Shown here in pieces: positions 31,146-42,069 of a stretch of 64,000 nt of DNA (position 1 is its first letter; each line of letters starts with the position of its first letter). Made by a program: the position numbers and the translations under genes. This DNA is from Nitrospirales bacterium (lineage in GTDB: Bacteria; Nitrospirota; Nitrospiria; Nitrospirales; UBA8639): the NCBI GenBank assembly GCA_963555755.3, contig OY820905.2:480001-544000 (forward strand), written 5' to 3'. Under the pieces are notes generated by a model. It saw only the letters and a list, made by a program, of their open reading frames with translations, was not told the origin of the DNA and did not search any database.

Positions 31146-32432
31146 ATGAGGACTCTCATCAAGGGTGGGCAGGTCATCGATCCTGGCCGCATGAACACAA
31201 TCGCCGATGTGTTGATTGAAGATGGTAAAATCCAAGCGATCGATGTCAATCTTCAAGGAACACTAAAAAATCCTGAATCGGTCACGATCATCGATGCCCA
31301 AGGCTTCATCGTGTGTCCGGGTTTCATTGACCTCCATGTTCACTTTCGTGAGCCCGGCTTCGAATATAAGGAAACCATTGCCACCGGCGTAGCTTCTGCC
31401 GTAGCTGGTGGATTTACAACGGTGTGTTGTATGCCAAACACTAGTCCGGTCAATGACTCGCAATCAATCACGGAATTCATTTTTCGACAGGCCAAAATCG
31501 CGGACAAAGCGCGGGTCTTTCCCATTGGCGCGATTACGAAAGGGTCAAAAGGCGAAGAACTGGCTGAGATTGGTGAATTGCACGATGCCGGGTGCGTTGC
31601 AATTTCTGACGATGGCATTCCGGTCATGAATACGTTAGTGATGCGACGTGCCATGGAATACGCGCGAACATTTGATCTTCCCGTGATCGATCATTGCGAA
31701 GATATGTTTCTCTCAACCGGTGGCAGCATGAATGAGGGATTTGTCTCGACGGAACTTGGTATTCCCGGAATCCCGAATGCCGCTGAAGAAGTCATGGTCG
31801 CGCGAAATATCTTTTTAGCGGAGTTGACGCAATCGCGTTTACATCTTCCACACGTGAGCACGATCGGATCGGTCCGGTTGTTACGAGATGCCAAGGAACG
31901 TGGCCTCTTGGTCACGGCAGAAGCCTGTCCACACCATTTCACCTTAACGGATGAGGCGGTGCGCTCATTTGATACGCATGCCAAAATGAATCCGCCTTTG
32001 CGAACGGATGTCGATGTTCAGGCCATCAAGGAGGCTCTCAAGGATGGAAGTATTGATATCATTGCCACAGACCATGCGCCCCATGCCGTGCATGAAAAAC
32101 AGCGGCAGTTCGACAATGCCCCCTTTGGCATTATCGGACTGGAAACGGCGCTTCCCTTAACGCTTAATCTGGTTGAAGAGGGAGTGCTGACCATGGAACA
32201 AGCCGTGGCCAAGCTCACATGCGAACCGGCGCGCGTATTCAAATTACCATATGGCACACTGGCTGTTGGTGCAGATGCCGATGTGACGCTGTTCGATCCA
32301 AAGAAATCCTGGACCCTGGATCCCAACCGGCTTCATTCCAAAAGCCGTAACACCCCATTTACTGGATGGACGATGAAAGGGAAAGTCGTCAAAACTCTGG
32401 TGAGTGGACGGATGGTGTATGAAGCAGAATAA
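31146..32432 (+). CDS. pyrC: Dihydroorotase
   Basis: DLHVHFREPG, MPNT, KMNPPLR, TDHAPH. Confidence 0.96.
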   Translation: MRTLIKGGQVIDPGRMNTIADVLIEDGKIQAIDVNLQGTLKNPESVTIIDAQGFIVCPGFIDLHVHFREPGFEYKETIATGVASAVAGGFTTVCCMPNTSPVNDSQSITEFIFRQAKIADKARVFPIGAITKGSKGEELAEIGELHDAGCVAISDDGIPVMNTLVMRRAMEYARTFDLPVIDHCEDMFLSTGGSMNEGFVSTELGIPGIPNAAEEVMVARNIFLAELTQSRLHLPHVSTIGSVRLLRDAKERGLLVTAEACPHHFTLTDEAVRSFDTHAKMNPPLRTDVDVQAIKEALKDGSIDIIATDHAPHAVHEKQRQFDNAPFGIIGLETALPLTLNLVEEGVLTMEQAVAKLTCEPARVFKLPYGTLAVGADADVTLFDPKKSWTLDPNRLHSKSRNTPFTGWTMKGKVVKTLVSGRMVYEAE

Positions 32433-32649
32433 GGGGCTGTTGAAAAAGCATGCCCTGAGTCTTTCCGAAGGGTCCCAGCGTCGTTCTCGGCCCTTTGTCG
32501 TGCTCACGTACTATGAGTACGCTCCGCGCGTCAAAGCGCCTGCGGCCTTGCTGGACAGGCCTTTTTGAACAGCCCCTGGCTATATAGAGTTGATTCAAAT
32601 AATCCAATGTTATTGGTCTTATGAAAATTTTGGATTTTTCAACAGTCCC
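32433..32649. repeat. MITE family A copy with extension ending in a second right TIR
   Basis: Starts right after the pyrC stop; TTTTTGAACAGCCC at ~32576 and TTTTTCAACAGTCCC at 32649. Confidence 0.8.
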
Positions 32650-32697
32650 AATAATCCCTTTGCAACAGATGGATTTTGAATGTGAAAAGAACAATCC

Positions 32698-33234
32698 ATG
32701 GGGCGAGTGACCTCTGGTTGGCAGCTTTCGATATCGCTGGCCGAGCTGCTTGGACTCACCATATGGATCGGAGGATTGGCCGTTATTCTGACGACGGTGA
32801 TTCCAGCCGTGTTCAATACTCTCGGCATGGAACAAGGTGGACGATTTTTACGAAAAGTATTTGACGGCTATAATAATTTGACCAGCGGTATTGTCATCTT
32901 ATTACTTGGAACAGCGGCTATCCGGACATGGAAAATTCGGCAGATTCCTGACCGCATTCTTTCCGTCAGCCGTGCAGAATGGGGTGTATTGATGGCGTTA
33001 GTCCTTGTGACGGGATCGATTGTTTTTATCCTGGGACCCAAGGCCATCGAGCTTCAAGAAATCGCCTTTGCCGCGGAAACGCAAGAAGCGAAGAAAATAG
33101 CGTACGATGCCTTTTTTCGTACCCACATGATTGTTCGAGCCCTGCATCTGATTAATGCCGGGTTCGCCATAAGTTTACTCGTGGTCAAATTCCGACAATG
33201 GATCCAACGCCGAGCTGCGTTTGGTTTTGAGTGA
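32698..33234 (+). CDS. DUF4149-like membrane protein
   Basis: IWIGG..PAVF..GG..LRKVF, four hydrophobic segments, FFRTH. Confidence 0.7.
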   Translation: MGRVTSGWQLSISLAELLGLTIWIGGLAVILTTVIPAVFNTLGMEQGGRFLRKVFDGYNNLTSGIVILLLGTAAIRTWKIRQIPDRILSVSRAEWGVLMALVLVTGSIVFILGPKAIELQEIAFAAETQEAKKIAYDAFFRTHMIVRALHLINAGFAISLLVVKFRQWIQRRAAFGFE

Positions 33235-33355
33235 GGGAATGCTGAAAAAAGGCGCCAGCCTTCGCCAAGGCTACGGCAGACAAGCCAGCGGCGTTCTCGG
33301 ACCTTTCCTTCGATAGACTCAGGACAGGACTGGACACACCTTTTTGACCATTCCC
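33235..33355. repeat. Variant MITE family A copy with nested mini-hairpins
   Basis: GGGAATGCTGAAAAAA..TTTTTGACCATTCCC; contains gccttcgccaaggctacggc and cttcgatagactcaggacagg. Confidence 0.75.
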
Positions 33356-33445
33356 TCTGGCCTCTGGATGTCCCATTGAGGAATCCAGAGATGGTCAGGA
33401 TGATGAGAAATTTTTTAAAATTCCAACAATTTTCCTGAAGGTGTT

Positions 33446-34630
33446 ATGACTACAGCGATTTTAGCCTTAGCCGACGGAACGATATTTGAAGGACGTGCTT
33501 TGGGATGTACTGGCGAGGCTTCCGGAGAAGTGGTCTTTAATACCGCGATGACTGGATACCAGGAAATCCTCACGGACCCGTCGTATAAAGGCCAATTCGT
33601 GGTCATGACCTGCTCGCACATTGGTAATTACGGAGTGGCTCAGCAGGATGAGGAGTCCAGACGGACATGGGCCGAAGGATTCATCGTCAACGAAGCCAGC
33701 CGGCGGCCAAGTAATTGGCGCTCGTATCAATCGTTACATGAATATTTACAGAAGCAGGGGGTCGTGGGAATCGAAGGGATTGATACACGATATCTGACGA
33801 GGCACCTTCGCGATCATGGATCGCAATCCGGCGTGATTTCTCATGTCGATTTGGACCGGGACTCGTTGGTCAAAAAAGCCCAAGCTGCCCCTGGCACGGT
33901 GGGTCGAGATCTGGTTTCCGAGGTCACCTGTTCGGCTTCCTATACGTGGCAAGAAGGTTCAGAGGAGTGGACCCTTCCTCACGGATCAGTGCAAACCAAT
34001 GGAAAGAATTCGCATTCAAAAAAATACCATGTGGTCGTCTATGACTTTGGAGTGAAGCTCACTATTTTGCGACGTCTTGTGGATTATGGGTGCGAGGTGA
34101 CCGTGGTTCCGGCTTCAACGTCGGCACAAACCGTTCGTGAGATGAATCCTGATGGCCTGGTGCTGTCGAATGGACCGGGTGATCCGCAAGGCGCCGCATA
34201 CGCAGTTCCGCATGTTCAAAATTTGTTGGGCTGGAAACCGACCTTGGGTATTTGTCTTGGTCATCAAATCTTGGGGCTATCTCTTGGGCTTTCCACATAC
34301 AAATTGAAGTTTGGCCATCATGGTGCGAATCATCCGGTGATGGATTTACGATCGAGGAAGGTTGAGATCACTTCACAAAATCATAATTTTGCCGTGACCA
34401 TGCCGGAAACCGCTGATCGCTCGAATGAAGGAAAACCGATATTTGAAACGGAATGGGGACCATTTACCCCCACGCATGTCAGCTTAAATGATGATTGTTT
34501 GGAAGGCCTCGTCGGATGTCACGCTCCAGTGCTCTCGGTGCAATATCATCCTGAAGCCTCTCCGGGGCCTCATGATTCGTCGTATTTGTTCAACCAATTC
34601 ACCGCCATGATGGAGCAACACCGTGGGTAG
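33446..34630 (+). CDS. carA: Carbamoyl-phosphate synthase small subunit
   Basis: [33 protein letters not shown]. Confidence 0.97.
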   Translation: MTTAILALADGTIFEGRALGCTGEASGEVVFNTAMTGYQEILTDPSYKGQFVVMTCSHIGNYGVAQQDEESRRTWAEGFIVNEASRRPSNWRSYQSLHEYLQKQGVVGIEGIDTRYLTRHLRDHGSQSGVISHVDLDRDSLVKKAQAAPGTVGRDLVSEVTCSASYTWQEGSEEWTLPHGSVQTNGKNSHSKKYHVVVYDFGVKLTILRRLVDYGCEVTVVPASTSAQTVREMNPDGLVLSNGPGDPQGAAYAVPHVQNLLGWKPTLGICLGHQILGLSLGLSTYKLKFGHHGANHPVMDLRSRKVEITSQNHNFAVTMPETADRSNEGKPIFETEWGPFTPTHVSLNDDCLEGLVGCHAPVLSVQYHPEASPGPHDSSYLFNQFTAMMEQHRG

Positions 34631-35843
34631 ACCAATGACCCTTTTGGGAATGTTGAAAAAAGCCGCCAGCGGCGTTCTCGCCATTTTGCCGTGCTCACGT
34701 ACTATGAGTACGCTCCGCGCGTCAAAATGGCTGCGGCCTTGCCTGTGGAAGGGCGCGTCTTGGCGCACTTGGGTTGGGCGGGTCAGACAGGGGACTTTTT
34801 TTGAACATTCCCTCCCATTGACGATGCGTGGCTCACCTGGAGCTTGTATTGGCTGTTGGAGTGAAATATTCAACAGACCCCTTTTTCTTCTCATCTGCAT
34901 GACCGTCATGGCTAGTGGGTGTGTGTCTCAGGGGTTGTTTCCCAAAACCGGGCCGCTGGAAGAAACCGAGGTGTCCGGAAAGGGGAAAGACAAAATTCTC
35001 ATCATCGATGTCTCGGGTCTGCTGACATCTGCTCGGCCCAATGACGTGCTTGACCGATTGTTCAACCGTCCAAGCCTTCCCACTCGTTTTAAAGAAGAAC
35101 TCACCAAAGCCGCCGAAGATGACAAAGTTAAAGGAATCGTCCTTCGGATTAACAGCCCTGGCGGAACGGTAACGGCATCCGACATCCTGTATCATGAGGT
35201 TCAAGAGTTTAAAAAAAAACGCAACATTCCGGTGGTAGCATGCATCATGGATCTTGGCACATCTGGAGGGTATTACCTAGCGGTAGCCAGTGATCGGATT
35301 GTCGCTCATCCCTCAGCCGTGACAGGCAGTCTCGGTGTTATTATGCTGACCATCAATGGTTCGGGGCTCATGGAAAAAATTGGCGTCACAGCGACCGCCA
35401 TTACGTCAGGCAAACACAAAGATATGGGGTCACCATTTCGCAAAATGACAGCCAAAGACCGGGCAATTTTTCAAAGTGTGATTGATTCGTTGTACCAACG
35501 ATTCCTTGAGGTCATTGAAAAGGGGCGGCCCAACCTGACAAAAGAGAAAATTCGGCAACTCGCGGATGGTCGAATTTACTCGGCTCCGCAAGCCAAGAAA
35601 GCCGGTCTTATCGATGAAATAGGGTATCTCGATGATGCCATTGATTTGGCAAAACGACAGGCGGGTCTTTCAGAAGCGAAAGTGATCATGTATCAACGAG
35701 CGGGTGGCTACCATCCGAATATCTATTCGCAATGGTCCGGGACTGGCGGCAATTCTGGCTGGATGATCCCTAAATTGGATCCTGTTTCCTTGGCCACTAT
35801 TTTGGGCGGGACTCCTGCATTTATGTATATGTGGTTGCCATGA
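34623..35843 (+). CDS. sppA: Signal peptide peptidase SppA (36K type), lipoprotein; N-terminus interrupted in frame by a MITE
   Basis: RINSPGG, SGGYYLA, TGSLGV, GKHKD, ADGRIY; lipobox ASG-C. Confidence 0.9.
   Translation: MGRPMTLLGMLKKAASGVLAILPCSRTMSTLRASKWLRPCLWKGASWRTWVGRVRQGTFFEHSLPLTMRGSPGACIGCWSEIFNRPLFLLICMTVMASGCVSQGLFPKTGPLEETEVSGKGKDKILIIDVSGLLTSARPNDVLDRLFNRPSLPTRFKEELTKAAEDDKVKGIVLRINSPGGTVTASDILYHEVQEFKKKRNIPVVACIMDLGTSGGYYLAVASDRIVAHPSAVTGSLGVIMLTINGSGLMEKIGVTATAITSGKHKDMGSPFRKMTAKDRAIFQSVIDSLYQRFLEVIEKGRPNLTKEKIRQLADGRIYSAPQAKKAGLIDEIGYLDDAIDLAKRQAGLSEAKVIMYQRAGGYHPNIYSQWSGTGGNSGWMIPKLDPVSLATILGGTPAFMYMWLP
34646..34880. repeat. Composite MITE family A copy inside the sppA 5' coding region
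   Basis: GGGAATGTTGAAAAA..TTCAACAGACCC flanked by a CTTTT direct repeat. Confidence 0.85.
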
Positions 35844-36973
35844 TCCAAAAGGGAATGTTGAAAAAAGCCGCCAGCGGCGTTCTCGCCCTTTTGCCGTGCT
35901 CACGTACTATGAGTACGCTCCGCGCGTCAAAAGGGCTGCGGCCTTGCTGGATAGACCCTTCGGAAAGACTCAGGGCATGCTTTTTTGAACATTCCCTCCT
36001 ATTGACGATACAGGGCTCATCTGGAGCTTGTATTGGCTGTTGGAGTGAAATATTCAACAGGCTCAAAAAACAAATTTTTCGATCGACAGAATTTCATGGC
36101 GATGTTCACTGTCCACGTACGGGTTCTGGCTTTCGTGTGGTTGGTTTAGTTTTAGCGACTCTTGTATACCTGGCCATGCTCGGATGCATCAAAGCTCCGG
36201 GAACCGCACGAGATCAAATCATTTTCATCTCGGAGGAAAAAGAAATCGCTTTAGGGATCAGCGCGTTTCGCGATGTACTTCGGAATGCGCGCTTGAATGG
36301 GAATCCCGAAATCAATGCCATGGTGAATCGGGTGGGGCAGCGTATTGCCGCTGTAGCGAATAGACCGGCGTATCATTGGGAGTTTGCCGTGATTCAGGAT
36401 GATGAGCAAATCAACGCCTTTGCCCTTCCCGGTGGAAAAGTGGCGATTTTTACCGGAATTTTGAAACACACGAAAACTGAGGCTGGCTTGGCGACGGTGA
36501 TGGCCCATGAAGTTGCACATGCCCTGCAACGTCACGGGGCTGAACGCATGAGCCGAGGGATCTTGGAACAGATTGCGCAACTTGGAGCTCTTGCTGGTGC
36601 CGCCTCGGGGGCAGTTGATCCACAGTTAGCTATGGGCGCAATGAGTGTATATGGAGTTGGTGTCACACTTCCTCACAATCGACGTCAAGAATCTGAGGCC
36701 GACTTTATCGGCCTTCAACTGATGGCCAAGGCTGGCTATGACCCACGAGAAGCCATTGGGTTCTGGGAACGGATGAGCGGCTGTCCGCGGAAAATGATTG
36801 GGCGGTTTTGTTTTCGATCCAATGCCGCGATTCCAGAATTTCTTTCCACCCATCCCTCGGATGTGACACGCATCAAGCAAATCGAAGCATGGATTGAAGA
36901 TGCCTTGCAGTTTTATCATCCAGAAGAACATGAAGCGTCTCCCGCAACAAAGGAAGTCGCGAAGGGCCTGTGA
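35840..36973 (+). CDS. M48 family Zn metallopeptidase lipoprotein; N-terminus contains an in-frame MITE
   Basis: NAFALPGG, HEVAH, QESEAD, AGYDP, FLSTHP; lipobox MLG-C; ATG overlaps the sppA stop. Confidence 0.88.
   Translation: MIQKGMLKKAASGVLALLPCSRTMSTLRASKGLRPCWIDPSERLRACFFEHSLLLTIQGSSGACIGCWSEIFNRLKKQIFRSTEFHGDVHCPRTGSGFRVVGLVLATLVYLAMLGCIKAPGTARDQIIFISEEKEIALGISAFRDVLRNARLNGNPEINAMVNRVGQRIAAVANRPAYHWEFAVIQDDEQINAFALPGGKVAIFTGILKHTKTEAGLATVMAHEVAHALQRHGAERMSRGILEQIAQLGALAGAASGAVDPQLAMGAMSVYGVGVTLPHNRRQESEADFIGLQLMAKAGYDPREAIGFWERMSGCPRKMIGRFCFRSNAAIPEFLSTHPSDVTRIKQIEAWIEDALQFYHPEEHEASPATKEVAKGL
35851..36064. repeat. Composite MITE family A copy inside the M48 5' coding region
   Basis: Closely similar to 34646-34880, including the ctggagcttgtattggctgttggagtgaaatattcaacag extension. 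Confidence 0.85.
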
Positions 36974-37145
36974 AAGAATAATTTGGACAAAAAATAGCGC
37001 CCAAATTTGGGTCGGATTTGGATGTAACGATTGAGAACCCCCCGAGGCATCGCACCGCTATGTTGAGGTTTTTTCGATTGAGACGCGTTCAAAGATGGCC
37101 CGAAGAGGGGATGCAATTTTTTCCAAGTTATTCTTCCACAGACCC
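36964..37145. repeat. MITE family B (182 bp); supplies the M48 stop codon
   Basis: GGGCCTGTGAAAGAATAA..TTATTCTTCCACAGACCC|TAA; homologous to 18367-18546. Confidence 0.75.
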
Positions 37146-37184
37146 TAAACCACAATCTCTCTCGATAGCACACTGAGTCGCGTA

Positions 37185-40100
37185 ATGCCCAAACGTCAAG
37201 ATATACATCGAATTCTTTTGATTGGATCAGGCCCGATTGTAATCGGCCAAGCCTGCGAATTCGACTATTCCGGAACACAAGCCTGCAAGGCCTTGAAGCA
37301 CGAAGGCTATGAAGTGGTGTTGGTGAACAGTAACCCGGCGACTATCATGACTGACCCGGAACTTGCAGATCGTACCTATATTGAGCCCATCACGGTTGAA
37401 GTCGTTGAGCGCATTATTGAACGTGAACGACCGGATGCTTTATTGCCGACAATGGGTGGGCAAACGGCGTTGAACATCACAGTGGCCTTACATCAGCAGG
37501 GCATTCTGGAGAAGTACAATGTTCAGCTCATCGGTGCGTCCTATGAGGCGATTCAAAAAGCGGAAGACCGCGATGCCTTCAAGCGGGCGATGGAGCGAAT
37601 TGGCCTTTCAACTCCCACCAGCCAACTGATCAAAAACCGCGAGGATGCCATCAATTTTCTCGAGGTCATCGGGTTTCCGGCCATTGTTCGACCTTCATTC
37701 ACCCTCGGCGGTGCGGGAGGAAACATTGCCTACAATCGTGAGGAGTTTGAGCAGTCCGTGGATTGGGCGCTTATGACCAGTCCGGTAGGGGAGGTCCTCA
37801 TTGAGCGGTCGCTCATAGGATGGAAAGAGTTTGAACTCGAAGTCATGCGTGATCTGAAGGACAATGTCGTCATTGTCTGTCCCATTGAAAACTTTGACGC
37901 CATGGGCATTCACACTGGAGATAGCATTACCGTTGCTCCAGCCATGACGCTGACGGATAAGGAATACCAATTGATGCGGGATGCGGCAATCAAGATTATT
38001 CGGGAGATCGGGGTCGATACAGGCGGGTCGAATATTCAGTTCGCATTAAATCCCCAAAATGGCCAGATGATCGTCATCGAAATGAATCCACGTGTGTCCC
38101 GCAGTTCAGCGCTTGCCTCCAAAGCCACCGGGTTTCCCATTGCAAAAATCGCCGCCATGCTTGCCATTGGTTATACCCTCGATGAGATCACCAATGATAT
38201 TACGCAAGTCACCAAAGCGTCCTTTGAACCGACGATCGATTACGTGGTCGTCAAAATTCCCCGATTTGCCTTTGAAAAATTCCCTGGATCCGATCCGACG
38301 CTGACTACGCAAATGAAATCGGTCGGAGAGGCCATGGCTTTGGGCAGGAATTTTAAAGAAGCGTTTCACAAGGCCCTTCGATCATTGGAAACCGATCGAT
38401 GTGGGTTAATTTCATTGTCGGGCTTGGATCATCACCTTCCAGGAGATCAGGTGGCAGATGAAGTTGTTCAGCAAATCAAGCAAGACGTTCGCGCGCCGCA
38501 TCCTGATCGTCCATGGCATATAGCCGACGGACTCCGCCTAGGCTTTTCAAAAGACGAACTCTATTCAACCACCCATATTGATCCATGGTTCTTGGACCAA
38601 CTCGAGGAAATTGTAGACTGTGAGCGATTGATCCTCCGAAAAGTTCGAGAAACAGGAAACGAACACACGACGGACCCTGCGAATATCTTTTCCGATACAG
38701 AGGGGCAGGCGCTTTTCCTGGATGTAAAACGATTCGGATTTTCCGATGAACGAATTGGGCAATTGCTCAACACCACCGGAAAAATCGTGAGGGATTGGCG
38801 CAAGGCCAACACGTCTCATCATCCTGTGACCTATGCCAGAGCCGATACCTGTGCTGCAGAATTTGAAGCACAGACACCCTATCTGTATTCCACCTATGGT
38901 ATGGAATGCGAAGCTCGTCCGACTACGAACCAAAAAGTCGCCATTCTTGGTGGCGGACCGAATCGTATCGGGCAAGGCATTGAATTCGACTATTGCTGCG
39001 TACATGCCGCGTTGGCCTTACGTGAGCTCGGTGTGGAAACCATTATGGTCAATTGCAATCCCGAAACCGTCAGTACAGATTACGACATATCGGATCGGCT
39101 CTATTTCGAACCACTCACTGAAGAAGATGTGTTGAACATCATGGACAAGGAATGCCCGATGGGTGTCGTGGTCCAGTTTGGCGGTCAAACGCCTCTAAAG
39201 TTAGCCCTGCCTCTTGAACGCGCCGGGGTTCCGATCCTGGGTACAACACCCGATTCAATCGATCGTGCCGAGAACCGTGAGCGATTCAGCAATCTCATCA
39301 AGAAGTTACAACTCCAGCAGCCAGTAAATGGCGCTGCTCTTTCCGGTGATGAGGCCTATGCCATTGCCCAACAGATTGGCTATCCGGTCATTGTCCGCCC
39401 CTCTTATGTCTTGGGCGGACGGGCTATGCAAATCGTCTATGACGAAAGCTCTTTGCGTAAATATATTCAAATGAACGTCATGACGTCATCTCAATATCCC
39501 TTATTGATTGATCAGTATCTTCGGGATGCGATTGAAATTGACGTTGATGCGATATCAGATGGAAACCACGTCGTCGTGGCCGGAGTCATGGAACATGTCG
39601 AAGAAGCTGGCATTCATTCCGGCGATTCTGCCTGTTCGTTGCCTCCGTTTTCCTTAGGTCCAGAAATCATTGTCCGGATTCACCAGCAGACAATTTCCTT
39701 GGCGAAAGAATTACAGGTTATTGGATTGATGAATATTCAGTTTGCCATTCAAGGGCGGGAGATATTTATTTTGGAGGTCAATCCTCGCGCTTCACGAACC
39801 GTCCCCTTTGTCAGCAAGACCATTGGCGTTCCGTTGGCGAAATTGGCGATGAAGACCATGTTGGGTCATTCACTGGCCTCACTGGGATTTACCAAATCCC
39901 GAATCGTGAGTCATATCTCGGTGAAAGAATCAGTCTTTCCCTTTACAAAGTTCGGGAATGTGGATGTGTTACTTGGCCCGGAGATGCGATCAACGGGTGA
40001 GGTCATGGGCATTGACAAAGACTTTGGATGGGCCTTTGCCAAATCTCAAGCCGCCGCCGGTTTGGCGCTTCCTCGCCAGGGTACGGTTATCATGAGTGTC

Positions 40101-40475
40101 AAGGATGGTGATAAGCCAGGGACGGTGGAGGTGGCCCGGCGTTTACAAGATGCCGGTTTTCACATTCAAGCCACGCGAGGCACGGCCACCCACCTGCAGG
40201 AACATGGCGTGACCGTGGAAATGGTCAATAAGGTGAAAGAGGGGCGGCCCCATTTGGTCGATCATATTAAAAATCGACAAGCCCACATCGTGGTCAATAC
40301 GGTGGGAACGACGTCTTCACAGGATGACTCCATGTCCATTCGGCGTGAAGCCGTGCAACAAGGCATTCCCTACTTTACCACAATCCAAGGTATTCGAGCG
40401 GCTGTCACCGCCATCGAAGCCATGGCGAAAAACCCTCTGACCGTACAATCGCTTCAAGAATATCATCCCAGCTAG
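37185..40475 (+). CDS. carB: Carbamoyl-phosphate synthase large subunit
   Basis: [40 protein letters not shown] domain. Confidence 0.98.
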   Translation: MPKRQDIHRILLIGSGPIVIGQACEFDYSGTQACKALKHEGYEVVLVNSNPATIMTDPELADRTYIEPITVEVVERIIERERPDALLPTMGGQTALNITVALHQQGILEKYNVQLIGASYEAIQKAEDRDAFKRAMERIGLSTPTSQLIKNREDAINFLEVIGFPAIVRPSFTLGGAGGNIAYNREEFEQSVDWALMTSPVGEVLIERSLIGWKEFELEVMRDLKDNVVIVCPIENFDAMGIHTGDSITVAPAMTLTDKEYQLMRDAAIKIIREIGVDTGGSNIQFALNPQNGQMIVIEMNPRVSRSSALASKATGFPIAKIAAMLAIGYTLDEITNDITQVTKASFEPTIDYVVVKIPRFAFEKFPGSDPTLTTQMKSVGEAMALGRNFKEAFHKALRSLETDRCGLISLSGLDHHLPGDQVADEVVQQIKQDVRAPHPDRPWHIADGLRLGFSKDELYSTTHIDPWFLDQLEEIVDCERLILRKVRETGNEHTTDPANIFSDTEGQALFLDVKRFGFSDERIGQLLNTTGKIVRDWRKANTSHHPVTYARADTCAAEFEAQTPYLYSTYGMECEARPTTNQKVAILGGGPNRIGQGIEFDYCCVHAALALRELGVETIMVNCNPETVSTDYDISDRLYFEPLTEEDVLNIMDKECPMGVVVQFGGQTPLKLALPLERAGVPILGTTPDSIDRAENRERFSNLIKKLQLQQPVNGAALSGDEAYAIAQQIGYPVIVRPSYVLGGRAMQIVYDESSLRKYIQMNVMTSSQYPLLIDQYLRDAIEIDVDAISDGNHVVVAGVMEHVEEAGIHSGDSACSLPPFSLGPEIIVRIHQQTISLAKELQVIGLMNIQFAIQGREIFILEVNPRASRTVPFVSKTIGVPLAKLAMKTMLGHSLASLGFTKSRIVSHISVKESVFPFTKFGNVDVLLGPEMRSTGEVMGIDKDFGWAFAKSQAAAGLALPRQGTVIMSVKDGDKPGTVEVARRLQDAGFHIQATRGTATHLQEHGVTVEMVNKVKEGRPHLVDHIKNRQAHIVVNTVGTTSSQDDSMSIRREAVQQGIPYFTTIQGIRAAVTAIEAMAKNPLTVQSLQEYHPS

Positions 40476-40490
40476 CCAGTCTCTTCATCT

Positions 40491-40588
40491 TGTCATTTCG
40501 AGTGAAAGGAGAAATCTCTTTCTTCCGGTGGGAACGCCTGCCAAGCGTGGTAGGAACGGGGAGATTTCTCCCAAGGGTCGAAATGACA
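40491..40588. repeat. Inverted REP pair (TGTCATTTCGA..GAGAAATCT / AGATTTCTC..TCGAAATGACA)
   Basis: Same module as in the 179-bp tandem units at 52.7 kb. Confidence 0.75.
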
Positions 40589-40772
40589 AAAGGTCTAGGA
40601 TTGTGGCCTTTTGTGAAGCCTTTTCCAATGGCATCTTTACTTATTGCACAGATAAGAAAGAGGAAAACCCCTGTCTGCTTCAAGGAATGTACCCTAGTTG
40701 AAATTTCCCACCGAAAACTGAAATAGTGAAGGAATTGGTGATGACAGGGGTTCCGATATCTGAGGAGAAGCT

Positions 40773-41249
40773 ATGGCAGTTCCAATTACAAAAAAGGGGT
40801 ATGAAAATCTCAAAGCCGAGCTTGCTCGATTTCGAAAAGTCGAACGGCCAAAAAACATTCGAGATATTGCCGAGGCACGGGAACACGGCGATCTTCGAGA
40901 AAACGCCGAATTCAAAGCCGCCAAAGAACGGCAGCAATTTATTGACATCCGGATGGCTGAACTTGAGTATAAACTTGGTGATGCCCAGGTTATTGAAGTG
41001 ACAGCGGGAATGAGTGAAACCGTCGTGTTTGGCGCCACAGTCCGTTTACTGAATTTAGAAACCGAGGAGGAAAAATTGTATACGCTAATCGGACAAGAAG
41101 AGGCAGACTTGAAGAATGGCTCGATCTCGGTCCAATCCCCAATTGGCCGCGCCCTCATCAGTCATCGTGTCGGGGATATTGTCAAAGTCAATCGACCTGC
41201 GGGTATGATTGAATACGAAATTCAAGAAATATTTTTTCAGGAGTCGTGA
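40773..41249 (+). CDS. greA: Transcription elongation factor GreA
   Basis: HGDLRENAEF, VVFGATV, ISVQSPIGRAL. Confidence 0.96.
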   Translation: MAVPITKKGYENLKAELARFRKVERPKNIRDIAEAREHGDLRENAEFKAAKERQQFIDIRMAELEYKLGDAQVIEVTAGMSETVVFGATVRLLNLETEEEKLYTLIGQEEADLKNGSISVQSPIGRALISHRVGDIVKVNRPAGMIEYEIQEIFFQES

Positions 41250-41250
41250 T

Positions 41251-42051
41251 ATGCCATCTGCCATCTCTGTCGTGTCGTTGATCACCGATTTTGGCGACCG
41301 GGATTATTTTGTCGCCAGTATGAAAGGGGTCATGCTGGGCATCAATAGTCAAATCCGCATTATTGATGTGTCCCACCATGTCACGCCGCATTCAATTAAA
41401 GAGGCGGCTTTTCTGTTGAATTCGTGTTATCACTATTTCCCAGACGGGACCATCCACGTCGTAGTGGTAGATCCAGGAGTGGGGTCCTCACGACGGGGAA
41501 TATTAGTGAGTACCTCTCGATATCACTTTCTTGCTCCTGACAATGGCGTACTGAGCTATGTCTTCGAAAACGAGCTGGACGTGGAAGTTCGTCAAATTGA
41601 AAACCGTCAATTTCGTCTGGATTCCGAAGGCGCCACCTTCGACGGACGGGATTTGTTCGCCCCATCGGCGGCCTGGCTCACCAGGGGGCAAACGCCTGGG
41701 GCGTATGGTCGGTTAGTCACGGATTACGAAAAACTGCCGATCCAAAAACCAGAAGTACGGAAAGGCATCTTGCACGGACGTGTAGCGTATATCGATCGCT
41801 TCGGGAACATCATGACGGATATCACCTCTGACGACATTAAAACTTTACAAGACATCACCAAGAAAAAAGACTTTTGCATTCAGCTCGGTGACACCACAAT
41901 TCAAGAATTGAAAACTCATTATGAGCAAGGATCACCAGAGACTGCGAGTGCTCTCATTAATAGTAACGGCTATATTGAAATATTTCTTCAACAGGGAAAG
42001 GCGAGTGATAGCCTCGGAGTCAATCTTGGCGATTCCATTCAAGTGAACTGA
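41251..42051 (+). CDS. DUF62 SAM hydrolase/halogenase-family protein
   Basis: LITDFG, VVDPGVG..RR, APDNG, TFDGRD, IDRFGN. Confidence 0.88.
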   Translation: MPSAISVVSLITDFGDRDYFVASMKGVMLGINSQIRIIDVSHHVTPHSIKEAAFLLNSCYHYFPDGTIHVVVVDPGVGSSRRGILVSTSRYHFLAPDNGVLSYVFENELDVEVRQIENRQFRLDSEGATFDGRDLFAPSAAWLTRGQTPGAYGRLVTDYEKLPIQKPEVRKGILHGRVAYIDRFGNIMTDITSDDIKTLQDITKKKDFCIQLGDTTIQELKTHYEQGSPETASALINSNGYIEIFLQQGKASDSLGVNLGDSIQVN

Positions 42052-42069
42052 ACCACAAAATTTTATCGA

